DNA of 64,000 nucleotides from contig JAJDUB010000073.1 of the NCBI GenBank assembly GCA_022826885.1, positions 65,388-129,387 of the forward strand, given 5' to 3'. Below, piece after piece: positions 50,703-59,140 of this stretch (positions are counted from its first letter, which is position 1; every line of letters begins with the position of its first letter). The notes under the pieces were generated by a model. It was given only the letters and a program-made list of their open reading frames with translations. It did not search any database and had not been told where the DNA came from. Both the position numbers and the translations under genes were made by a program. Source of the stretch: Gammaproteobacteria bacterium (lineage in GTDB: Bacteria; Pseudomonadota; Gammaproteobacteria; Eutrophobiales; Eutrophobiaceae).

Positions 50703-52247
50703 TCAGCATCGTTGCGCTTCCTCGGTCAATAACGATACGCCGCATTGCACCCGCCTTCTCAACCAGGGGCTGGGGCGGTAGCGCGGGTCCCGGGTCAGCC
50801 TGAACAGGTTGTCCAGGATTTCCGCGATCCGCTCCCCGCCCACCCTGTCTCCCCAGGACAGCGGGCCGTGCGGGTACCCCAGGCCCAGGGTCACGGCGGC
50901 TTCTATGTCGGGAACGGAAGCGATGCGGCGCTGGGCGATATTGGTGGCAATGTTCACGATCACGGCCAGGATGCGCTGGCTGATGAAGCCCGGACTGTCG
51001 TTGATAACGGTGACCGGGACGCCGGCGACCGCCAGCAGGCCGTGCATGCTGTCACGCACCCCGGGTGCGGTCACCGGAGACAGCATCAGGGTACGTCTCT
51101 TGTCCGGGTCCGGGAGCGGGTCCACAGCCACCGTGCGGGCTGGGTTCAGGTTCTTCTCAGCGCAGGACTGGCTGACGTCGCTGCCCCAGGGCTGCAGCAC
51201 GATCATCGTGTCCTCATGCGCGGGCGAGTCCGCAACCCGGGCGCCGCCGGCCTTCAATTCTTCGGCCAGTTGCAGGGACGCGTTATCGCCTGCGCCCTCC
51301 AGCCACACCCTCGTGATGCTGATTTGCGGCGCCGGCGCCTCTTCAGGCTCGATCTTCCGGTTGTCCTCATAATGGTAAAACCCGCGTCCGGTCTTGCGCC
51401 CGAACAGGCCTGCAGCCATCCTGGGCCGGATCAGCGACGAGGGGCGGTACATGGGTTCCTGCAGGAACTGGTCATAAACGGACTGCATCACCTTGCCGGA
51501 CACGTCCAGCCCGGTCAGGTCCAGCAGTTCAAACGGCCCCATCCGGAACCCCAGGGCTTCGCGCATGACCCGGTCCACGTCAACGGGCCGGGCCACACCC
51601 TCTTCCAGGATACGCAAGGCTTCCGTGGTAAAACCGCGGCCGGCATGGTTCACCAGGAAACCGGGCTGGTCCGCGGCGACCACGGCGCGGTGGCCGGCGG
51701 AAGTAACCAGGGATGAAAGTTGTTCGATGACGGCCGCTTCGGTCAACGCCGCCGGTATGATCTCGACCACGCGCATGAGCGGGACCGGGTTGAAGAAATG
51801 CAGCCCCGCGACCCGCTCCGGCCTGGCGCAGGCCGCGGCGATGTCCGAGACCAGCAGGGAAGAAGTATTGCTTGCCAGGATGGCATCAGCGGAGACGATG
51901 TTTTCCAGTTCCGCAAACAACTGCTTCTTGACATCCAGCAGTTCCACGACCGCCTCGATGATGACCCGGCAGGATGCCAGTCCGTCCATGCTGCGGCACA
52001 GGTTGAGACCGGCGAGCATGGAGTCCGCCTCGCCCTGCGTGTACCTGCCCTTGTCCACCTGGCGCCCGACCATTTTGCCGATGAATTCGGCGGCGTTGTC
52101 CAGCGCGCCGGCCTGGGTGTCGTAGAGCCGGACCGGGTATCCGGCATGGAGGAACAACTGGGCAATGCCCCGGCCCATGACCCCGGCGCCGACGATGCCG
52201 ATGCGCAGGTCACGCCCTGCCGGGCCAGTTTTTGTCTTGTTTGTCAT
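50703..52247 (-). CDS. 3-hydroxyacyl-CoA dehydrogenase family protein (long form with duplicated C-terminal domain)
   Basis: 514 aa with IGIVGAGVMGRGIAQLF (NAD-binding), SNTSSL and GLHFFNPVPLMRVVE motifs, plus a second C-terminal domain with GFISQRIL. Confidence 0.85.
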   Translation of the reverse strand: MTNKTKTGPAGRDLRIGIVGAGVMGRGIAQLFLHAGYPVRLYDTQAGALDNAAEFIGKMVGRQVDKGRYTQGEADSMLAGLNLCRSMDGLASCRVIIEAVVELLDVKKQLFAELENIVSADAILASNTSSLLVSDIAAACARPERVAGLHFFNPVPLMRVVEIIPAALTEAAVIEQLSSLVTSAGHRAVVAADQPGFLVNHAGRGFTTEALRILEEGVARPVDVDRVMREALGFRMGPFELLDLTGLDVSGKVMQSVYDQFLQEPMYRPSSLIRPRMAAGLFGRKTGRGFYHYEDNRKIEPEEAPAPQISITRVWLEGAGDNASLQLAEELKAGGARVADSPAHEDTMIVLQPWGSDVSQSCAEKNLNPARTVAVDPLPDPDKRRTLMLSPVTAPGVRDSMHGLLAVAGVPVTVINDSPGFISQRILAVIVNIATNIAQRRIASVPDIEAAVTLGLGYPHGPLSWGDRVGGERIAEILDNLFRLTRDPRYRPSPWLRRRVQCGVSLLTEEAQRC

Positions 52248-52329
52248 TATGGGATAAGAGTAAAACTCGTCGGAATAGTATACTTTAACCCGAATCTCAG
52301 GAGTTTTTACCCTTACCCCGTATATTGGT

Positions 52330-52372
52330 GGGGTCAGAGTAAGAAATTCGTCAGAATTTTTACTCTGACCCC
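52330..52372. repeat. 13-bp-stem perfect inverted repeat in a divergent promoter region
   Basis: GGGGTCAGAGTAA (52330-42), 17 nt, then TTACTCTGACCCC (52360-72). A partial direct copy of the arm/loop (AGAGTAAAACTCGTCGGAAT) lies at about 52255-52275. Confidence 0.6.
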
Positions 52373-52377
52373 TGAAT

Positions 52378-53175
52378 TTGTCGAGGTATTATAACCTCAT
52401 GAACAGCAACAACTCAGGCAACGAAATACGGCTGCTGCCGGTGCGCGGCATGCCTGAAGTCATGCCCGGCGATGACCTGGCGGCGCTGTTGCTGGAAAGT
52501 TTGCATAAGCATCCGGTTGCCGATGGCGATATCCTGGTCGTTGCACAGAAGATCGTCTCCAAGGCGGAGAACCGGTACGTGGACCTGGCCGGGGTTACCC
52601 CTTCGGACCGGGCCCTGGAACTGGCCGGGGAAACGGGCAAGGACCCGCGCCTGGTCGAACTGATACTGTCCCAGTCAAAACGCGTGGTCAGGTACCGGCA
52701 GGACGTGCTTATCGTCGAACACAGGCTGGGATTCGTCCACGCCAATGCCGGCATCGATCATTCGAATATCCCGCAGGACGCCCGTTCGGAACGGGTGTTG
52801 TTGCTGCCGGAAGACCCCGATGCCAGCGCCGCCCGCATCCATGCCGCCATCAGGCAAACCTGCGGAGTAAACGCCGGCGTCATTATCAACGACAGCGCCG
52901 GGCGCGCCTGGCGCAACGGCGTGACCGGCATCGCCATCGGCGCCGCCGGCCTGCCCTGCCTGCTGGACCTGCGCGGCGAGGCCGACCTGCACGGGAACCC
53001 GTTGCGCGTGACCGAAGCAGGTATCGCCGACGACATCGCCGCCGCGGCCTCGCTGGTCATGGGACAGGCGGCCCAGGGGATACCTGCCGTGCTGGTCAAG
53101 GGCCTGGCGCTGCGCGGCCCGCACAATAATGCATCCGTCCTGATCAGGGACCCGGCCAAGGACCTGTTCAGGTGA
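52378..53175 (+). CDS. cofE: coenzyme F420-0:L-glutamate ligase
   Basis: LLPVRGMPEVMPGDDLAALL..GDILVVAQKIVSKAENRYVDL..IVEHRLGFVHANAGID.SN is typical CofE. The ORF-track start is TTG 52378; ATG 52399 is an alternative. Confidence 0.82.
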   Translation: MSRYYNLMNSNNSGNEIRLLPVRGMPEVMPGDDLAALLLESLHKHPVADGDILVVAQKIVSKAENRYVDLAGVTPSDRALELAGETGKDPRLVELILSQSKRVVRYRQDVLIVEHRLGFVHANAGIDHSNIPQDARSERVLLLPEDPDASAARIHAAIRQTCGVNAGVIINDSAGRAWRNGVTGIAIGAAGLPCLLDLRGEADLHGNPLRVTEAGIADDIAAAASLVMGQAAQGIPAVLVKGLALRGPHNNASVLIRDPAKDLFR

Positions 53176-53186
53176 CCCAGGATAAA

Positions 53187-53211
53187 GGGGACGGATTTAA
53201 AATCCGTCCCC
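53187..53211. repeat. REP-like palindrome GGGGACGGATTTAAAATCCGTCCCC
   Basis: A 25-nt palindrome between cofE and cofD. Confidence 0.7.
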
Positions 53212-53236
53212 GGAGCGTATATGTAATAATTCCCGT

Positions 53237-54190
53237 ATGAATCCATCGATCCTGGCTCTGTGCGGCGGCGTGGGCGGCGCGAAACTGGCTCTCGGACTCA
53301 GCCGGACCCTCAGGCCGGATGAACTCCTCATCGCCGTCAACACCGGCGATGACTTCCTGCACCTGGGCCTGCACATCTCACCCGACCTCGATACGGTCAT
53401 GTACACGCTGGCCGGCGCGGCGGACCCGGAACGGGGCTGGGGGCTGGCCGGCGAGACCTGGAACTTCATGGAAGCGATAGCCCGTTTCGAAGGTTCGGAC
53501 TGGTTCAGGCTGGGAGACAGGGACCTCGCCACCCATGTGTACCGGACCCGGGCCCTGCAACAGGGACTGGGACTGGCCGAAGTTACGAAGTCGCTCTGCG
53601 ATGCCTTCGGCATTGCGCACCGGGTCCTGCCCATGACCGACGACCCGTTGCAGACAATCATCGCAACCGATCAGGGAGACCTGCCGTTCCAGGATTACTT
53701 CGTGCGCCTGGATTGCCGGCCCCGGGTGCGGTCCGTCAGGTTCAACTGGGTCGAAATGGCCCGCCCGCATCCCGAATTTGCCGCCCTGCTCAACAACCGG
53801 GAACTGCGCGCCGTGATCCTGTGCCCGTCGAACCCGTTCCTGAGCATCGATCCGATCCTGTCCCTGGAAGGCGTCCGTCCGGGCCTGCAATCCTCCCCTG
53901 CGCCCGTGGTCGCGGTATCTCCCATCGTCGGCGGCAAGGCCCTGAAAGGTCCCGCGGCCAGGACCATGGAGGAACTGGGCATGGCGCCGGGCAACCTGGC
54001 GATCGCGGAATACTACCGCGACTTCCTTGACGGGCTGATCATCGACAGGATTGATGAACATGAAGCGGCGGCCATCGAGAAACTGGGGATCAAGGTGAAA
54101 ATCGTCGATACCGTCATGCGCTCCATGCAGGACAGGATTGACCTGGCCGAAACAACCCTGGAGTTCGCGATCGGGTTAACCCGCAGATGA
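53237..54190 (+). CDS. cofD: 2-phospho-L-lactate transferase (F420 biosynthesis)
   Basis: 317 aa with LCGGVGGAKLALGL, VNTGDDF.HLGL.ISPDLDTVMYTLAG and NPFLSI motifs, typical of CofD/FbiA. Confidence 0.88.
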   Translation: MNPSILALCGGVGGAKLALGLSRTLRPDELLIAVNTGDDFLHLGLHISPDLDTVMYTLAGAADPERGWGLAGETWNFMEAIARFEGSDWFRLGDRDLATHVYRTRALQQGLGLAEVTKSLCDAFGIAHRVLPMTDDPLQTIIATDQGDLPFQDYFVRLDCRPRVRSVRFNWVEMARPHPEFAALLNNRELRAVILCPSNPFLSIDPILSLEGVRPGLQSSPAPVVAVSPIVGGKALKGPAARTMEELGMAPGNLAIAEYYRDFLDGLIIDRIDEHEAAAIEKLGIKVKIVDTVMRSMQDRIDLAETTLEFAIGLTRR

Positions 54191-54191
54191 A

Positions 54192-54339
54192 TTATCCGCA
54201 GATGACGCAGATTAGCGCAGATGAAATGATGATTGTTATTCACATTTTAAGTTCAGTCGGTAGCAATATAATCAGTCAGGACACAGAATCACAGAAATAA
54301 TAAAAATAATCTGCGTTAATCTGCGTCATCTGCGGATAA
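54192..54339. repeat. 148-bp element: 31-bp near-perfect terminal inverted repeats built from reiterated CGCAGAT units, flanking an AT-rich 86-bp core (MITE-like or giant hairpin)
   Basis: The left arm is TTATCCGCAGATGACGCAGATTAGCGCAGAT (54192-54222). The reverse complement of the right arm (54309-54339) is TTATCCGCAGATGACGCAGATTAACGCAGAT, with 1 mismatch. The core is strikingly AT-rich compared with its surroundings. Confidence 0.75.
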
Positions 54340-54342
54340 CAT

Positions 54343-55080
54343 TCAATCGCAATCAAGGCGTTTCTCCCAGGCTTTCTGGTTGCGGCGGGCATCCTGGATG
54401 TACGGCGAGAGGCGGATCAGGAACAGCACGGCCCGGTTGAGCAGCGATCCGGGAAACTTCAAGGGCCGCTTGACGTCGATAAACAGCACCACCCGCCTGC
54501 CGCCGGTATTGTTTTCCACCCGGTGCCGGTAGGTGTCATCGAACACGATACAACGGCCTTCCTCCCAGGTACTGGTTTCCCCGCCCACCTCTATCCAGCA
54601 GTCCTGCCGCGGTTCGGGCACGATAAGGGCCAGGTGGCAACGTAACAGGCCGCGATAAGGCCCGCGGTGCAGGGGTATGTGCTTGCCGGGCGCCAGCACG
54701 GAAAAAAATGCCGTGAACATACCGGGTATCGACTCGAGGATGCGCGTGGTTTCCGGGCAGGCCTTGCAGTTGTTTTCCATCTTGTAACCGTATCCGTAAA
54801 GGAACCAGGACTTCCACTTGTCATCCCGGGAGATATTGTATTGATCGCGCGAGATGTCCTGGAAATTCGGGATGCGCTCGGGGGCCTCCAGCAACCGCTC
54901 CAGTTCCGCGCGCATCAATTTCCAGTCGGCCTCCAGGGTGCGCACCCAGGAAAATTCCGAGGGGGCAAGGAAAGGCGTATCGGGAACCAGCGAATACCTG
55001 ATCAGGATGCGCTCTATGCGCTTGATGAGCCACAGCCCAAGCGTTACGCTGGGCCGGCGTTTTTTCTTCTCTGTTGGCAC
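54343..55080 (-). CDS. aspartyl/asparaginyl beta-hydroxylase family protein (LpxO-like Fe/2-oxoglutarate dioxygenase)
   Basis: 245 aa. FSVLAPGKHIPLHRGPYRGLLRCHLALIVP..CWIEVGGE...WEEGRCIVFDDTYRHRVENNT matches the Asp/Asn hydroxylase (LpxO) family pattern. Confidence 0.8.
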   Translation of the reverse strand: MPTEKKKRRPSVTLGLWLIKRIERILIRYSLVPDTPFLAPSEFSWVRTLEADWKLMRAELERLLEAPERIPNFQDISRDQYNISRDDKWKSWFLYGYGYKMENNCKACPETTRILESIPGMFTAFFSVLAPGKHIPLHRGPYRGLLRCHLALIVPEPRQDCWIEVGGETSTWEEGRCIVFDDTYRHRVENNTGGRRVVLFIDVKRPLKFPGSLLNRAVLFLIRLSPYIQDARRNQKAWEKRLDCD

Positions 55081-55120
55081 TTCGGGTAACCGGTCGATTC
55101 AGTTCGGGATGTAGTGTACG

Positions 55121-56242
55121 TTAGGTGCGAAGCGGATTCAGAAACCTGCTGATAGCATCGGCGCCGCGTTCAGATGGCGGACCATCGGCTGTAGCAAATG
55201 CGGCGTCGATAAATACGTCCTGCTTTGGTCTGAATTTTTCATCGAACTCATGATGAGCTGATGCCAATACCGCCTCAAGATCGTCAATTTTGTCGATTAC
55301 CGGGCCCAGTTTCCAGAAGTCCATGGTTGACGCTTCAAGTCCGTTGGGATTCAGAAACACACAGGGACGGCGCCGATGATAGATGAACTCACAGACCTGG
55401 CTGGACACGTCACCCAGGTAGATATCAGCGGCTTGCGTGTAGCTCATATCGAAACAGCGTTGACTGCCCGTATCAATATGGATATTCGGCGCATCCCTGA
55501 AATCGTCCAGATTGATATTATCGTGATATCTCCTGTGTTTAAAGAGCCGGGCATGCGGCGCAAATATCAGGTTATAATCCTGGTTGTCTTTGAAAAAAGC
55601 AAGAATTTTCCGGCCCATTGGTATCCAGGAAGATTGCAGTCGATGAAAATGCGGCGTATACAACACAACAGGACGGTTATTCCTGAATAGTACGGGCGCC
55701 TCCGGCTTGATTTTCTGCAGGACTTCAAACTTGGGATAACCCACTATCTGACAACAATCTTCAGGCAACCTGTCCTTAAAGCGCTCGTAGTAAGACTGTC
55801 CCGGTACCAGGAGACAATCAAATTTCAACCTGCCCTTATTGAATGATGTGGGCCTGTCCCCCGCGCCGTGGCGGAGACCGATAAATTTAATACTGCGAAA
55901 AGAGGGCAACGCTTTTAATATGATGTAATTCTTTTCGGGCGCAATCAGTGCGTCATAAGATGCCAGTATCTCCAAATTTGCCATTAAAGCCAACGGCCGG
56001 TGGAGAAAGGGGAAACGCCTCGCCGCCCAATCAGCTATTCGACCCTGTTTTAACAACCGGAACCTGCATCGGTGATGCGGATATGCCGTAGCTATGCGTT
56101 CAGCCTCGTCCCGGGCTTCCATGGTGGAAAAAAGAAGTTCTGTCTGAAAATCGGGCCGCATTCGAGACAATGCGAAGGCAAAGGGAGCGCCGTGCAACAC
56201 CTGGTACGTCAGGTAATGATTAAACAGGAAGCCTACTCGCAT
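55121..56242 (-). CDS. TagB/TagF-like GT-B fold protein (putative polyol-phosphate transferase)
   Basis: About 373 aa. VGYPKFE, VVLYTPHF and IYLGDVSSQVCEFIY loosely match TagF-family motifs. ATG 56242-56240 overlaps the asnB stop by 1 nt; the ORF track starts one codon earlier at TTG 56245. Confidence 0.4.
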   Translation of the reverse strand: MRVGFLFNHYLTYQVLHGAPFAFALSRMRPDFQTELLFSTMEARDEAERIATAYPHHRCRFRLLKQGRIADWAARRFPFLHRPLALMANLEILASYDALIAPEKNYIILKALPSFRSIKFIGLRHGAGDRPTSFNKGRLKFDCLLVPGQSYYERFKDRLPEDCCQIVGYPKFEVLQKIKPEAPVLFRNNRPVVLYTPHFHRLQSSWIPMGRKILAFFKDNQDYNLIFAPHARLFKHRRYHDNINLDDFRDAPNIHIDTGSQRCFDMSYTQAADIYLGDVSSQVCEFIYHRRRPCVFLNPNGLEASTMDFWKLGPVIDKIDDLEAVLASAHHEFDEKFRPKQDVFIDAAFATADGPPSERGADAISRFLNPLRT

Positions 56243-58170
56243 CAATTCGATTGCGCCTCCAGCCAGGCTTGAAACATCAATACATTCCAGAGCGACCCGG
56301 TCCAGTCACCATGTCCCGAAAGATGCATATTCCATCTTTCGCGCACCATGGGCGGGTTAAGGAAACCTTCAGTGGCGAGCCGTTTTTCAGCCAGGAGATT
56401 TTCTGCCCAATCACGCAGCGATGTTTTCAACCAGTCCCCTACCGGGATCTTGAATCCTGTCTTGCGTCTATCCATCAATTGTTCAGGAACATACCTGTAA
56501 AGAACCTGCCGTAGCAGCCACTTTCGATCTTTTCTTCGAATCTTCTGATACCTGGGCAGACGCCAGACAAACTCCACAACCCGATGGTCGAGGATGGGGG
56601 TGCGAACTTCCAGTGAGACCGCCATACTGGCGCGGTCAACTTTGGTGAGGATGTCGTCCGGCAGGTAATTAATGGTATCCAGGTACTGTAATTGTTCGAT
56701 TGTATCGGCAAGGAGACCTTTTCTTGCAGCAGCCCACAAGATGTCGCCGGGGTCGCCCGCCCCGACAACCAGCTCCGCAGGGTCACTCCAGTCACTGATC
56801 AGCATTCGGTATAATTCTTCCGGCCCCGTCTTCAGAATATCAGCCAGCTTATACAACTTATGCCCCGCAAGAATGGTGTTCTTTCGTCCGGCAAGAGATT
56901 TCAGTGGGTTATTCCGGGCGAAGGAAGAGAGGCTTGTCAGGGCAGTTGCCATACCCCTGCCCAGGGAGCCATGGAACGGTTTACTCCACCGGCGCAATAA
57001 CTCAGCGGTCTGATAGCGGTTATAACCGGCAAACAACTCATCACCTCCATCACCGGACAATGCCACAGTGACGTGCCGGCGGGTCATCTGGGAGAGGAGG
57101 AAAGTCGGTATTTGTGATGAGTCGGCAAACGGTTCATCATAAATGGACGGCAGGTCCGGGATCACATCCCGCGCCTGGTTCGAATCGACATACAATTCCG
57201 TGTGGTCACTACCCAGGTGTTTTGCTATCGCTCTGGCATGGAGCGCCTCATTATAACTTGACTCATTGAAACCTATGGTAAAGGTTCTGACAGCCCGGGC
57301 ATCTGCCCTTTGCATAAGAGCCACTATTGTCGTCGAATCTATGCCACCGGAAAGAAACGCGCCGACCGGCACATCTGCAACTATGCGCCGCCTGACAGCA
57401 TCAGCCAGTAACTCGTCCAGTCTGCTGACGGCTTCGTAGTCGGGAGAGTGAACGGGCGCCGATCTGGCTTGTTCTATGGTGTTCGATATGCTCCAGTAAG
57501 CGCGGCTTTCGGGCTGTTGCCCTCTCTTGAGGGTAAGTATGTGGCCCGGCTCCAGTTTATGCACACCCTTGTATATACTGCGGGGCGACGGGATATACCT
57601 GTATTGCATGAAGGCCATCAGGGCAGCGCGATCAATCTGCGGCGTCCAGCCAGGGTGTTTTTTGATTGCTTTCAGTTCTGAGCCGAACAGGAACAGGTTG
57701 TCAAACGCGCCCCAATACAAAGGCTTGATGCCAAGACGGTCCCGGACCAGGGCCAGTCTGCATTCCTGCCTGTCCCATAACGCAAAAGCAAACATGCCGT
57801 TCAGTCTTCTCACGGCAGCTTCCACACCCCAGGCAGCGCACGCCTCCAGCACAACTTCAGTATCGGAGTGGCCGCGGAAACGGACATCACCAAGCTCTTT
57901 TCGCAGTTCTGTGGCGTTGTACACCTCGCCGTTGTAAACGATTACAAAACGTTCGCAGCACGAAACCATGGGTTGTCTGCCGGCCTGCGACAGGTCAACC
58001 ACTGCCAGACGGCGATAACCAAGCCCCAGGCCTGCCTGAACGTCTGACCACGTATCGGCATCATCCGGACCGCGATGTGTAATACTGTCAGCCATGGCAA
58101 ACGCCACCTGCCTGATCCAGGCAGCATCGCCTGTGCGTAAACCGTCAATGAATCCCGCTATCCCGCACAT
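56242..58170 (-). CDS. asnB: asparagine synthase (glutamine-hydrolysing)
   Basis: 642 aa with the MCGIAG N-terminal Cys2 nucleophile, the PP-loop FLSGGIDSTT and a full-length AsnB architecture. Confidence 0.9.
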   Translation of the reverse strand: MCGIAGFIDGLRTGDAAWIRQVAFAMADSITHRGPDDADTWSDVQAGLGLGYRRLAVVDLSQAGRQPMVSCCERFVIVYNGEVYNATELRKELGDVRFRGHSDTEVVLEACAAWGVEAAVRRLNGMFAFALWDRQECRLALVRDRLGIKPLYWGAFDNLFLFGSELKAIKKHPGWTPQIDRAALMAFMQYRYIPSPRSIYKGVHKLEPGHILTLKRGQQPESRAYWSISNTIEQARSAPVHSPDYEAVSRLDELLADAVRRRIVADVPVGAFLSGGIDSTTIVALMQRADARAVRTFTIGFNESSYNEALHARAIAKHLGSDHTELYVDSNQARDVIPDLPSIYDEPFADSSQIPTFLLSQMTRRHVTVALSGDGGDELFAGYNRYQTAELLRRWSKPFHGSLGRGMATALTSLSSFARNNPLKSLAGRKNTILAGHKLYKLADILKTGPEELYRMLISDWSDPAELVVGAGDPGDILWAAARKGLLADTIEQLQYLDTINYLPDDILTKVDRASMAVSLEVRTPILDHRVVEFVWRLPRYQKIRRKDRKWLLRQVLYRYVPEQLMDRRKTGFKIPVGDWLKTSLRDWAENLLAEKRLATEGFLNPPMVRERWNMHLSGHGDWTGSLWNVLMFQAWLEAQSN

Positions 58171-58186
58171 AATCCAGACTCACCTG

Positions 58187-59140
58187 TCATCGCAAAATTC
58201 TCTGTTTGACAAGTTTCAGGAACGCTCCCCAGCCGAACAGCAGGGGATAACGCCGCAGCCTCGGGGTGACCTCAATCTTCACGCCGGTATGCCGGCCGAT
58301 CTTCCAGGCGGCATAATCCACGCCATTGTCGAAGGTCAGGGCCGCCTTCAGCAGCCTCAATACCCACAGGAAGTGCCCGAGTCGGCGGCGGCGGCGCCAT
58401 TGCCTGTGCGACCTTCGGGTGGTTCCGGTATCGGCGAGGGAACGGTAGCTGTTATCATCCTCCCGGCGCAGCACAGTGCCGAGCGCGGGCAGGGCCGCGT
58501 CCAGCAAGGCGGTATAAGCGGCCTGGTTATAGGACGCCAGTTGCGCCGCCTTGGAGTCCGGTTCGGCCCGGAACTCGGTCGAATAGGACAGGGATAACGC
58601 ATTGGTCCAGATCGTTTCCACGTCGCCGACCTTTCCCTGCAGGGTCGGCAACGTCGTCCTCAGCAGCGTCAGCACGGAATGCGCCATCAGTTCCTCGAAT
58701 TCACGGCGCACGGCTTCGGTCCGGGCGTAAAGTATGCGCGCCGGCTGTGCGAAGCGCCCCCACAGGTAGGAGTGGAATCCGCGGCGGATGCCGTCGCGGA
58801 AATCCGCCATGCTTATGACAGCCAGTTTCAGCCGCACCGGCGCGCCCCCGGTGGGGATTTCCCGGTAAAACACGTTAGGGGGCAGGCAGGCGTTGAGGAG
58901 TGCCAGGTAACGCTTGTCGTAACTATTGCGGTAATTGTCGACAATCGCGAAAACATCGGCGATGCCGTCCTCCATGTTCTCTCCCCTTGCACAGGAACCG
59001 TAAAACAGGATGCCCTGCAAGGCGGCGCCGTAGGTTTCCCTGACCGCCTCGATGATCAACCCGCAGGAATCCGGCACGGGGCCGGCGCATTGCTGCGCGA
59101 TACGGCCGATCAATGCCTGTGGTATGTCCTGCCGAACCAT
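58187..59140 (-). CDS. hypothetical protein, possible nucleotidyltransferase fold (weak Tam41/Mmp37-like resemblance)
   Basis: 317 aa. ILFYGSCARGENMEDGIADVFAIVDNYRNSY is reminiscent of a GS...D nucleotidyltransferase-fold N-terminus. Its start abuts the stop of the upstream CDP-alcohol transferase gene. Confidence 0.3.
   Translation of the reverse strand: MVRQDIPQALIGRIAQQCAGPVPDSCGLIIEAVRETYGAALQGILFYGSCARGENMEDGIADVFAIVDNYRNSYDKRYLALLNACLPPNVFYREIPTGGAPVRLKLAVISMADFRDGIRRGFHSYLWGRFAQPARILYARTEAVRREFEELMAHSVLTLLRTTLPTLQGKVGDVETIWTNALSLSYSTEFRAEPDSKAAQLASYNQAAYTALLDAALPALGTVLRREDDNSYRSLADTGTTRRSHRQWRRRRRLGHFLWVLRLLKAALTFDNGVDYAAWKIGRHTGVKIEVTPRLRRYPLLFGWGAFLKLVKQRILR

Noticed and set aside
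50745-52394. Long plus-strand ORFs (323, 210 and 224 aa) opposite the 3-hydroxyacyl-CoA dehydrogenase gene.
   Set aside because: They are antisense shadows without motifs. The minus-strand gene has a clear NAD-binding and 3HCDH signature.
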